Source: an uncultured virus (IMG/VR IMGVR_UViG_3300030380_002570)
Taxonomy: Duplodnaviria; Heunggongvirae; Uroviricota; Caudoviricetes
Strand: one strand, 5' to 3'
Length of the DNA stretch: 64,000 bases
Virus record (IMG/VR): IMGVR_UViG_3300030380_002570
Below, in pieces: positions 1 through 7,966 of the stretch. Both the position numbers and the translations under genes were made by a program. Position 1 is the stretch's first letter, and each line of letters begins with the position of its first letter. Under the pieces are notes generated by a model. It was not told the DNA's origin. It searched no databases and worked only from the letters and a program-made list of their open reading frames with translations.

Positions 1-2
1 TA

Positions 3-434
3 CTAGGCTATTCGGATAATGGCGTTAGACGCATCCGCAGTAGGGAACTGAATAGTAAAGTCACCCGCTGTTGAAGTCTTATCACCACCAAAATCCAATG
101 CACAAACAGCAGGATCGCCTGATGCCGACTCATTAAAGATGAGAGCACCCCTCGCCGTAACTGTCGCATTTGAGAACGTAAGATCAGCGAAGTCTGTCAG
201 TGCAGTCGTGCCTGATGAAGACGGATCTACGCGGGTCAGGGCTGCACCTTTTGCGGTGTAGTTTGTGCCCGACACTTCGTTAGATGTCGTGTATGCGGTG
301 GTGCCTGCGCCCAAAGAAGCACTGCTCGTATACAGTGCCAAGTTAAACGTACTTCCGCCTGAGTTTAGAAAATTGTGTTTTGCTTCCAAAAGCTCTTTCT
401 TGAAAGACGTACACATTGCAGTCGTGATAGCCAT
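3..434 (-). CDS. Conserved virion structural protein (143 aa)
   Basis: Ala/Thr/Gly-rich ORF in the late operon; near-identical homolog at 57276-57707. Confidence 0.7.
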   Translation of the reverse strand: MAITTAMCTSFKKELLEAKHNFLNSGGSTFNLALYTSSASLGAGTTAYTTSNEVSGTNYTAKGAALTRVDPSSSGTTALTDFADLTFSNATVTARGALIFNESASGDPAVCALDFGGDKTSTAGDFTIQFPTADASNAIIRIA

Positions 435-724
435 TATAGACTCCTTATGATGTTCGCCATATCAGCATGGCCTTGGTTTTCAAATTCAGCGGCAAGAGTA
501 ACTCTGTCACTGCGAATCGCTTCTTTGATATAAAATAAGACCGTTGCTCTAACAGCCCTCTTGAATTCGTTTGCCTGTTCTGCAATTGCAGGATGGCAGT
601 TCCCACCAACACTAACAATCCTATCTGCTGCTGAGTCAGCCCAGAAGTCTGGATCGTGTCCCTTGTTTTCTGTGGTTGAAACAAAGACGTTTCCTACGCC
701 CATCTCTGAAGGTGTGATCAGCAC
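434..724 (-). CDS. Hypothetical late protein (96 aa)
   Basis: Coupled to the downstream gene; homolog at 57707-58000. Confidence 0.75.
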   Translation of the reverse strand: MLITPSEMGVGNVFVSTTENKGHDPDFWADSAADRIVSVGGNCHPAIAEQANEFKRAVRATVLFYIKEAIRSDRVTLAAEFENQGHADMANIIRSL

Positions 725-728
725 TCAG

Positions 729-1373
729 CTATATCCTTTCTGAACGAACCATACCGGCTCTGTAATTATCTGTTGTACTGTAGCCTTCACCCAAAGACTT
801 GAGATCCGCCAAGGCTGTCTCATATCTAGTGGCGTAAAGCTGCATCATATCTTGTTCTGTTTTCAGAAACGTCCCGGCCTCTATCAGGCTTCCATAAAGC
901 AAGGCTTCTTCCGCATTAGACCCAAGCCAGCTAGTCCCGTCCGCCGAAACCGTTATTGATTGCGGAGAGTAGAAGTAGTGTAGCTCTACGGTCAGATTGT
1001 CATTTGGAGTCGGCCCAAGAATGAATGTCGTATCATCAAACAAGGCATAGTATTTAGGCGTACCTGTTGTACTAGCCACTGGATAAGCCTGACGGATGAA
1101 GTTTACATCCTTAATAATCAGGTACTCATATCCAGAGGTAGGCGTGATGGCTAACGAATACACAGACAAGAAGTCAGATGGTGTCTCTAGGTACGGGTTA
1201 CTTGACGTTGTGACCCCGTTAACTGCTTTGCGAAAGTTAGGCAACTGGACAGATTTAAGTATTCTGTCTTCCGCCTGACGAATGATAAGCGGTAAGTTTG
1301 ATACTAGCGTGGTCTCGGTGCTCTCCAAGTAGTCCTGAATAGCAGACTTGAGTGTAGTGAATGTAAGGGCCAT
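729..1373 (-). CDS. Putative head-tail adaptor / tail tubular protein A-like
   Basis: G-x-P-x-YYA...LGPTP...YFY and LLYGSL motifs typical of phage adaptors; homolog at 58003-58638. Confidence 0.6.
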   Translation of the reverse strand: MALTFTTLKSAIQDYLESTETTLVSNLPLIIRQAEDRILKSVQLPNFRKAVNGVTTSSNPYLETPSDFLSVYSLAITPTSGYEYLIIKDVNFIRQAYPVASTTGTPKYYALFDDTTFILGPTPNDNLTVELHYFYSPQSITVSADGTSWLGSNAEEALLYGSLIEAGTFLKTEQDMMQLYATRYETALADLKSLGEGYSTTDNYRAGMVRSERI

Positions 1374-1687
1374 CAGCTTGTTGCCACCGTGACTCGGCCT
1401 ACATCACCCGTCATACCCAAGCCCACCTGACCCACAGGATCAAATGATGATAGGATTCTGCTCTCATCCAACGACCTGTCGGGTCTTGGGTTCAAGAGAG
1501 GCTTAGGATCGTCAAGCAAAAGCTTGCCGACCTGTAGCTGCGGCTGGTCTGGATCGACAACATCTTTGCCAATCAAGAACCCTGTAGGTCTTTGGTTAAA
1601 AATTTCAGGCACAAGATCTCTAAGCGGATACCTGAACCCAGTTCGATCACAATAGCCGTAAGCGTACTTGCCCTTTGCTTTACTCAA
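1373..1687 (-). CDS. Conserved phage late protein (CDRTGFRY...PRPD)
   Basis: Homolog at 58635-58937; coupled ORF. Confidence 0.7.
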   Translation of the reverse strand: MSKAKGKYAYGYCDRTGFRYPLRDLVPEIFNQRPTGFLIGKDVVDPDQPQLQVGKLLLDDPKPLLNPRPDRSLDESRILSSFDPVGQVGLGMTGDVGRVTVATS

Positions 1688-2376
1688 AAGGTGTATCCTC
1701 CCGGCGAAACAAACAAAGAAGCCTTGTTGCGATCAGACTCAGAGGCAAGCTTCCATTGCTCCTCATAGTCCATCTTCAACGCTTGTGCTCTGGCCCCGGC
1801 TTGGGGGTACTTCATGCTTAACTGATAAGCCAAACCGCTAACCAAGCACGGCAAAAATCTAGCTGGAACGTCTATGTTGTTTGACGCAGGACTGCCTGCA
1901 TCCTCAATACGCTCCATGTAGTAGTACCCAAACGAGTAGGTCTCTTGCGCGTCAGGCGTGGGCCAAAGATTGATCGTAATGTTATCCGTGTTTCGATCAA
2001 CAAAGTATTGCAGAGGCTTGCTTTGAGACAGCTTGTTAGGAAGGTTTGAGTATTGGCTCACCGATATGCGAGTCATTGACTGGTCGAACTGCGAGTTTGT
2101 GTCGCCCGCGTCCGTGCGGATAAACGCTTCGATGATATCTAGAACCTTCCCATCTAACGTGTATGTGTTGGTTCCGGCAGTCAACGCCTGCGTTGCAAAC
2201 TCAACAGTCCAAAGGTTAAGCCCTCTGTTCTGCCACTCAAGCATCATTAGATTCAGACTGCGTCTAGCCGTCTTGTAGTCATAGCCACTACGAAGCTCTA
2301 AGCCTGCTCTTTCAAACGCCTCTTCCATAGAATCGGCTAGGTCGAGATTAAATGTAAATGTGCCGCTAGTAGCCAC
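1684..2376 (-). CDS. Putative head-tail adaptor/neck protein
   Basis: EEAFERAG, W-x-NRGLNLW, LWPTP motifs; homolog at 58940-59824. Confidence 0.6.
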   Translation of the reverse strand: MATSGTFTFNLDLADSMEEAFERAGLELRSGYDYKTARRSLNLMMLEWQNRGLNLWTVEFATQALTAGTNTYTLDGKVLDIIEAFIRTDAGDTNSQFDQSMTRISVSQYSNLPNKLSQSKPLQYFVDRNTDNITINLWPTPDAQETYSFGYYYMERIEDAGSPASNNIDVPARFLPCLVSGLAYQLSMKYPQAGARAQALKMDYEEQWKLASESDRNKASLFVSPGGYTF

Positions 2377-2379
2377 CTA

Positions 2380-2463
2380 CTACCTCCGATTCTTTTTTAC
2401 CTTGCGCTTCTTCGCCTTAGGCTTATTGATTTGTTGCTTCTGTTGCGCCCTGCTTATTGGCAT
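2380..2463 (-). CDS. Tiny basic protein, 27 aa (MPISRAQQKQQINKPKAKKRKVKKNRR)
   Basis: Translated by hand; ATG overlaps the upstream stop (TAATG) and the ORF fills the gap between two genes. Confidence 0.55.
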   Translation of the reverse strand: MPISRAQQKQQINKPKAKKRKVKKNRR

Positions 2464-2795
2464 TAACTTTTGCCAAACTTTTGCTTCTGGGACTTTGGTG
2501 GGCTTTTCTTGCTGCCGCCCTTGCCAGACCAAAACATCTTGTTTGCCCAGTATGCGGCTGATGTCTTGCCCTTCTTGATGTTCTTTGCGTGACGAGCCTT
2601 GAAGCTTTTACGCGCTTCTGCTGAGTAGTTGTGACCCATCTTCTGGTCACCGAAGCGGATTATCTTTACCTTACCCGCATCGCGCACAGCAACGACTCCC
2701 TTCTTTGAGGGATGGCTAGGCGTTCTTTTAGGCTTGTTCAGTCCTTGAAGACCGGCCTTCTTCAGCCTGTTCTTCTCCGCGTCCGTCAAGCTCAT
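2463..2795 (-). CDS. Lys-rich protein, DUF5754-like (IRFG...F-x-ARH...AAYW)
   Basis: Motifs recognised; homolog at 61298-61582. Confidence 0.6.
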   Translation of the reverse strand: MSLTDAEKNRLKKAGLQGLNKPKRTPSHPSKKGVVAVRDAGKVKIIRFGDQKMGHNYSAEARKSFKARHAKNIKKGKTSAAYWANKMFWSGKGGSKKSPPKSQKQKFGKS

Positions 2796-3046
2796 TTGCG
2801 ATGCCTCGCTGTTTTCTTGGCAATCTTCTTAGGCTGGCTTGAGTGCTGCTTGCCTTTCTTCGTGTCGGCTCGTTTCTTTCTACTTGTAGCTGCGTACTCC
2901 GCATCTGATAGAGCCGCTCTAGCCTTCTTCGGGAGATACCTTTCACCTGTCGCTTTCTTTCCTTGTGTCGATGGTTTGCCTGACTTGGTTCCCCATTCTT
3001 GCTTTGTCCACTTCTTCAGCGACTTTTGCGACTTCTTGAGAGGCAT
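2792..3046 (-). CDS. Lys-rich protein resembling the C-terminal half of DUF5872 (LKKWTKQEW...RYLP)
   Basis: Motif recognition; loose homolog at 60751-61077. Confidence 0.6.
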   Translation of the reverse strand: MPLKKSQKSLKKWTKQEWGTKSGKPSTQGKKATGERYLPKKARAALSDAEYAATSRKKRADTKKGKQHSSQPKKIAKKTARHRK

Positions 3047-3231
3047 TAGTTCTTGTACCCCCCGCCAGCTTCTTTGTAACGCTTCGCTAGCATCTGAGCT
3101 TTACGAGCCGACCATTGTCCCGGCTTTCCGCCCTTGCCGCTTGCCTTGATAGAGTTAAACAACCTCTTGCGTAAGGCTGGCTTCGTATAGTTGCCAGCCT
3201 CATTTACACGAGACTTCTTCTTTTCAGCCAC
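3046..3231 (-). CDS. Lys-rich protein resembling the N-terminal half of DUF5872 (GGKPGQWSARKAQ...GGGY)
   Basis: Motif recognition; coupled ORF. Confidence 0.6.
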   Translation of the reverse strand: MAEKKKSRVNEAGNYTKPALRKRLFNSIKASGKGGKPGQWSARKAQMLAKRYKEAGGGYKN

Positions 3232-3635
3232 TAGAAGTGCTTCCTTACCTGCATAACGATAACGTACACATTACCCGAACTGGCACTAACAGTAGAGAAC
3301 TGGATGTCTCCAGTAACGCCACTACCAGCGTTGTTAGGTATACCCGTGAAGTCAGTGAAATCAAACGTCCTAGCGTCATCTGCCTTTAGCTGCCAAGCCA
3401 AGACATCACTAGAAGCGTCAAAGAAGATCTTTACGCCCATCCCTACGGTGGTGTATTGGATCTTTTCAATCGATACCTTGGTGCAAGCCGCGCCCGTAAG
3501 GGGGTCAACGGCCAATGCAGAAACATCGATCTTTGTTACTGCCGACTCACCCGTGCCATCACTGACATTTGTGAACCGGAATATCGCAGTACTACCATTG
3601 TCTTGAATGGTTTGTGTTGCTACTGCATCAGCCAT
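3231..3635 (-). CDS. Putative virion beta-sandwich protein (134 aa)
   Basis: RBS aggaggt; homolog at 61595-61999. Confidence 0.65.
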   Translation of the reverse strand: MADAVATQTIQDNGSTAIFRFTNVSDGTGESAVTKIDVSALAVDPLTGAACTKVSIEKIQYTTVGMGVKIFFDASSDVLAWQLKADDARTFDFTDFTGIPNNAGSGVTGDIQFSTVSASSGNVYVIVMQVRKHF

Positions 3636-3647
3636 GACTACCTCCTA

Positions 3648-4169
3648 TTAGGAATCAGCAAACGCTGGAGCATCGGCTCCTTCAGCATAGCCCCAAATGT
3701 ACCAACTCGTTGAGTCTTTGGCGACGATGTTAATCTCGAAGATGCCAAAGTCAGTGAGAGTCAGCTTGCGATTGGAGTTCCCATCTGAGTAAACAGATGT
3801 GTTATCTGCATCTGAATCCAAATGCACAAGACCGCCTTGCAAAAAATTGTCTGTTGATCCGGTGTCGATGATCAGATTCTCTGTTTCTTCAGCCGCGCCA
3901 CCATAGATAAACTTAAAGCTGATACCCGCCGCAGGCGATGGCAACGTTAAAGTTCTATCAGCAGTGACCGCAGGAACAACAACCAATCGGCTTCCGTGAT
4001 CGGCAGCAGAGATATTGTGATCAGCGTCTGTCAGCAGCACTGGGGTTGCTTGCAATCCAGAGCTATCTAGAGTGAAGGAGGTGCTTATTTCTCCAGAAGT
4101 TGCGTCTTTTGAAACAACCTTAAATCCATTTTCGGAGCGGACGGCTCCATTGAAAGTCGTATTACCCAT
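3648..4169 (-). CDS. Putative capsid fibre/decoration protein
   Basis: Directly downstream of the capsid gene; T-L-T-L-P beta motifs; homolog at 62012-62518. Confidence 0.6.
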   Translation of the reverse strand: MGNTTFNGAVRSENGFKVVSKDATSGEISTSFTLDSSGLQATPVLLTDADHNISAADHGSRLVVVPAVTADRTLTLPSPAAGISFKFIYGGAAEETENLIIDTGSTDNFLQGGLVHLDSDADNTSVYSDGNSNRKLTLTDFGIFEINIVAKDSTSWYIWGYAEGADAPAFADS

Positions 4170-4174
4170 TGTAA

Positions 4175-4225
4175 TCTCCTGTCTGGGTTAGTCCTTATGT
4201 TCCACGTGGAACAATCGGTCAGGAA
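4175..4225 (-). promoter_or_regulatory. Putative cis-regulatory RNA sequestering the RBS of the 173-aa gene
   Basis: CCTGAC-hairpin-GAC-TAACCCA-GACAGGAGA conserved with 62524-62568; inner hairpin differs in sequence but still pairs. Confidence 0.5.
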
Positions 4226-4251
4226 AAAGGACGGCCCCCGAAGGGGCCGCC
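4224..4251 (-). terminator. Rho-independent terminator after the major capsid gene
   Basis: GGCGGCCCC-TTCG-GGGGCCGTC hairpin followed by a T tract on the minus strand. Confidence 0.85.
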
Positions 4252-4267
4252 AAACTCTTCCTAGCTA

Positions 4268-5176
4268 TTAGCTAGATCCCGGTGACCCGTAAATTCCGAG
4301 TGGGTCGGAAACGCCAAAACTATATCGCTCTCTGGCTTTATAGCGCACGTTACCAGTATCGAAGTCACCATCCATTGAAGTTTCAAGCGCAGTACGCTCG
4401 AAGTGCTTCATGCCATTTGGCACATCGGTGATCAAGAAGAAAGCGTTGCTGTCAGTCAGGTAATGATTGACTGCATAGCCTTCTGGGATCGCACCCATGT
4501 TGCGGATGGCATTGATGTCGTTGTCGCTGGTCGCAACACGCTGAGTCGTTTCAAGCAGACGATCTGCCGTAAACATCAAAGCGGGTGGTACGATCAAACG
4601 GCGAGGACGCGCTGCAATAAGAAGACCGCGCTCATCGGTGAACGCAGCAATCTCAATGATCGCATTTTCCAGTGACGTTTCGTTCAGGTCAGCACCTGTG
4701 GATGGACGGTTGGAGTTAGTTCCACCGCTTACCAAAGGATGTGAAGCATTGAACAGAGTTACACCGTCTCCAGATTGGAAGCTGGTGAAACCATTGTTCA
4801 GCAAGTTTGCCGCCTTCACTTGCTTCGTGTACGCCATAGCGCGAGAAAGCGCCTTGGTGTAACGAGCAGAAAGTGAATCGTACAAATTGTCTTCCATCGC
4901 TTCCTCGGTGATCGCAAAGCCCATCGAAATGGTCTCGTGATTGTACCGAGCGGTGTAAGACTCTTGAGCGGAGTCGTAGCTGGTAGCCGCGCCTTCTGCT
5001 TTCACAGGGGCAGCAGCGAAGCCAGACAACTTCACTTCTTCCTCGAAAGAACGATCAGAGCTTTCAGTCTCATAAATGAGAGTGTGCTCGTCTTCGTACT
5101 TCTCATACTCCAAACCAAAAAGAGCATTAAGCCCCGGCAGGAGTTCTTTAAGCATTTGCGCTCTTGAGATAGCCAT
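4268..5176 (-). CDS. Major capsid protein (Mu gpT-like)
   Basis: 302 aa; MAISRAQ..KEL.PGLNALFG, LIVPP, RERYSFG motifs; follows scaffold, precedes a terminator. Confidence 0.9.
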   Translation of the reverse strand: MAISRAQMLKELLPGLNALFGLEYEKYEDEHTLIYETESSDRSFEEEVKLSGFAAAPVKAEGAATSYDSAQESYTARYNHETISMGFAITEEAMEDNLYDSLSARYTKALSRAMAYTKQVKAANLLNNGFTSFQSGDGVTLFNASHPLVSGGTNSNRPSTGADLNETSLENAIIEIAAFTDERGLLIAARPRRLIVPPALMFTADRLLETTQRVATSDNDINAIRNMGAIPEGYAVNHYLTDSNAFFLITDVPNGMKHFERTALETSMDGDFDTGNVRYKARERYSFGVSDPLGIYGSPGSS

Positions 5177-5188
5177 TGCCTAAACCTC

Positions 5189-5767
5189 CTATACGCCAGT
5201 GGTGGTAACGTACTGATGACCAACGTTAAATTTAACGATTACATCAGTGAAGCTATCACCAGCCGAACTAGTTGGCCCATCTACAAAATCAATGATTCGT
5301 AGTGGGAGTGTATTTGTTGTTGCAGCAGTGCTTGCGTCAACAGCGTTCTTGCTTCGACCAATAGAGGTAGAGCCAGCGGTTTGAACAATCGCTGTGTTGT
5401 TACCTAGAGTGGTCTGTGCGAGAGACGCATCGCCTTGCATACGCATCAACACGTTGGGGTCATCAACCACATAAGCCACAATGTCACTTGCAGAAGTAGA
5501 CGCTGGGTACTGTTGGTTGAAGGTCTTTTGGTTGGTGCTGGGGTCAGTGTAAGCACAGCCTACAAAAACGCCTACAGGAGTGGCGCTTGTAGTGCCAGTG
5601 TCCTTTTCGACAGTACCATCGTTAACGAGTTTTACGAAATCTCCGTAAAACACGGCGGTGCCATAACCACTTGCAATCTTGATATGACGAATCTTCCCGG
5701 TAAACGAGCCACTCGCACTCAAGGTATCAACTGGTTCCGCACCTGTTGGGGCAGCAGAAGTAGCCAT
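5189..5767 (-). CDS. Putative capsid decoration/minor capsid protein
   Basis: Immediately upstream of the MCP; homolog at 63558-63986. Confidence 0.6.
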   Translation of the reverse strand: MATSAAPTGAEPVDTLSASGSFTGKIRHIKIASGYGTAVFYGDFVKLVNDGTVEKDTGTTSATPVGVFVGCAYTDPSTNQKTFNQQYPASTSASDIVAYVVDDPNVLMRMQGDASLAQTTLGNNTAIVQTAGSTSIGRSKNAVDASTAATTNTLPLRIIDFVDGPTSSAGDSFTDVIVKFNVGHQYVTTTGV

Positions 5768-5808
5768 AATTGGCCTCCTAGTTAATAGTAACTAACCCCT
5801 GCTAAGGG

Positions 5809-6261
5809 CTAGCCTTTTCCAAAGGTAGTCCTAGTGCTCCGCTCTGGATTGAGCATCGGCATTCTAGGATCGTTTTCTCTGAGATAGTTATTGTCAACCG
5901 AAGCCATCTGATTCTCAGCAGCTTGCTGGAAGTGTCGTGTTCTAGCCTCCATTGTTTCCGCAGGAGCCTTACACAACAGCAAACCACCAACCTCAATGTT
6001 TCCTTGAAAGCGTGAGCCTACATCAGACTCAAGCATCAGTTCTGGGTGGTCTTGCGCCCTTACAGGCTCCCATCCTTCTCTGAACATCTTAGAAACGTGA
6101 GTGTTGTCAGACTGACCTAGCAGTGAAGTCTTAACCCACCGAAACACATAGCCGTCTTGCGGCTTTGGGTCTGGCAAGATGGAAGCTGGCTTCCATGAAT
6201 CACTTGGTCGTTCAATACTTTCACGAGATTTACTTTCTCTTGGGGTGCGCTCTTCAGACAT
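5809..6261 (-). CDS. Conserved head-module protein (GYVFRW...EGWEPV)
   Basis: Lies between scaffold and capsid genes; coupled start. Confidence 0.65.
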   Translation of the reverse strand: MSEERTPRESKSRESIERPSDSWKPASILPDPKPQDGYVFRWVKTSLLGQSDNTHVSKMFREGWEPVRAQDHPELMLESDVGSRFQGNIEVGGLLLCKAPAETMEARTRHFQQAAENQMASVDNNYLRENDPRMPMLNPERSTRTTFGKG

Positions 6262-7325
6262 TACGAGGTCTCCTTAGCGAGTTGCCTCGCGTACTGTTCC
6301 GGGGTTAAACCCAATCTCTTAGCGAGGGAGAGTTGGGTAGCCGTTAGCCGTACTTTGCGCGGTTTAGCACCGTTACTCCTTGCGGAGGGTGCCACCACCG
6401 ACGAGGGCTGACCGGCAGTCACGGATGCGTCACGGCTATATGATTCGCCTTTATCCTGCCAGTCGTATTCTGGAAACGCGCTTCGTAGGCGCGTATCTAT
6501 CTGTCTGAAATACTCAGCACTATTGGGCTGAATACCTCTTTTGATCAATGCTGCATGTGTTCCATAAGCAAGGCTAGTCATTTCTTCATAGCCGTCTTGC
6601 ATGAACCACGAGTTACGACTCGCCCAATCTTCAGCTTCAGGGCTTACCTGAGGCTCTGGCTGGGCTTGTTGTGCTACGTTTTGTGCAGCTTGTTGTGCAA
6701 TTTGTTGCTGGCTCCAAGCTTCTGCTTGTTGCTCTCGCTGCGCCTGATTAGAAGCTAGGTTGTTCTCATACCTTTCAGCTTCTCCAAACTCAGCTTGTGC
6801 GCGATTCAAGCTTTCTTGAGCAGAAATAAGACGATCTGTATCGCCTTCTTCATAAGCCTGCTTGTAAGAATTACGAGCATCTTGTAGCGCAAGCTCTGCC
6901 TTCGCCTTGATCTGAGCAACCAGAGCGGCTTCGCCTCGGTTGATCAAAGCTTCGTTTTCTTGATTACGCTTGTTTAGTTGCTCCGCGACCCGTACCGCTT
7001 CTTCTCGCATACGCTCTGCCGCTTCGCGCTTCCTGCGCTCTTCGTGCTGCTCGTATCGAAGCTTATTGATTCGCTTCTGTACCTTTTCACTGTATCCAGC
7101 AAGCTCTTCATCATCATCGTCAACATCGACAGAAGTATCAGCAGCCTCTGCCTTTGGCGGTCTACGATCTTCTTCAGGTCGTTCATCGATGACCTCTAGC
7201 TCAAACTCACTCTGCTCTTCGATAGACTCACTTGATTTTTTACCAATCTGCGTCTTTACGCCGAAGAACTTATCTTCAGAACTCATGGGCTGTTCTGGTT
7301 GTACGTCCATTTCTGCTTCGCTCAT
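6261..7325 (-). CDS. Capsid scaffolding protein
   Basis: Acidic coiled coil, VQKRINKL motif, C-terminal AKRLGLTPEQYA helix; position between portal and MCP. Confidence 0.75.
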   Translation of the reverse strand: MSEAEMDVQPEQPMSSEDKFFGVKTQIGKKSSESIEEQSEFELEVIDERPEEDRRPPKAEAADTSVDVDDDDEELAGYSEKVQKRINKLRYEQHEERRKREAAERMREEAVRVAEQLNKRNQENEALINRGEAALVAQIKAKAELALQDARNSYKQAYEEGDTDRLISAQESLNRAQAEFGEAERYENNLASNQAQREQQAEAWSQQQIAQQAAQNVAQQAQPEPQVSPEAEDWASRNSWFMQDGYEEMTSLAYGTHAALIKRGIQPNSAEYFRQIDTRLRSAFPEYDWQDKGESYSRDASVTAGQPSSVVAPSARSNGAKPRKVRLTATQLSLAKRLGLTPEQYARQLAKETS

Positions 7326-7699
7326 ACCTTAATAATCCCCCTCGGATCTTCTACGACAGCCTCTACAGAGTCATCGTTGATCAATCGGAACTCTTTCCCG
7401 TGAACCTTGAATCTGGTTCCAGAGTAAGAGCGCATGATTATCCAGTCGCCCTCTTGACAGTAAGGGCCATTGGGGAACCGACTAGGGTCATTGTAAGCAT
7501 CTGCTCCCATCTTGAGAACCATGCCAACAATAGACCCTACCTCTTCATCGTGCAGAGTGGTTGCAGCCTTCAGGATGCCGCCCTCAGTTTTTTCGTCGGG
7601 ATTGGGTAGAGCAATTAACAGTTTGTAGCCTTGCGGCTCAGGCAACTGATTAGCCTTGCGGGATTCATCTGTCCCGATATCTTCTAATGCTTCAGACAT
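7322..7699 (-). CDS. groES: Co-chaperonin GroES-like
   Basis: P-x-G-Y-K-L-L, KTEGGIL, G-x-V-L-K-M-G, YSGT, RLINDD-x-V-x-A motifs of Cpn10. Confidence 0.85.
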   Translation of the reverse strand: MSEALEDIGTDESRKANQLPEPQGYKLLIALPNPDEKTEGGILKAATTLHDEEVGSIVGMVLKMGADAYNDPSRFPNGPYCQEGDWIIMRSYSGTRFKVHGKEFRLINDDSVEAVVEDPRGIIKV

Positions 7700-7759
7700 T
7701 AGTTTTCCTTTCGCACTGGAAATTAGCGTCCAGAGTCGCTTGCGTCACCTAACGTAACG

Positions 7760-7966
7760 TTATTCAGACTCGTACTTTTCAGCCAAGTCTAGAATCTCTC
7801 TCTCAGCGATAGCTAAACCTTCAATGATTCCACATAACTTAGTGTACTCACTGTAGTCTTTACACGCGCCACCGCTAATGAAGTCTGCATATTCGTTCAT
7901 TTTCTCGCGCAGATTGCCCTTCATGTACTGAAATACGTTCTGAGAACTACTTGTCATCAAGCGCAT
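7760..7966 (-). CDS. Hypothetical head-module protein
   Basis: Coupled to the portal; Y-x-x-x-C-G-x-I-x-G-L motif; true start may be 7954. Confidence 0.6.
   Translation of the reverse strand: MRLMTSSSQNVFQYMKGNLREKMNEYADFISGGACKDYSEYTKLCGIIEGLAIAEREILDLAEKYESE

Noticed and set aside
1..500. Direct terminal repeat with 57274-57770
   Set aside because: The copies carry many substitutions and diverge progressively, so they are homologs and not an exact terminal repeat.
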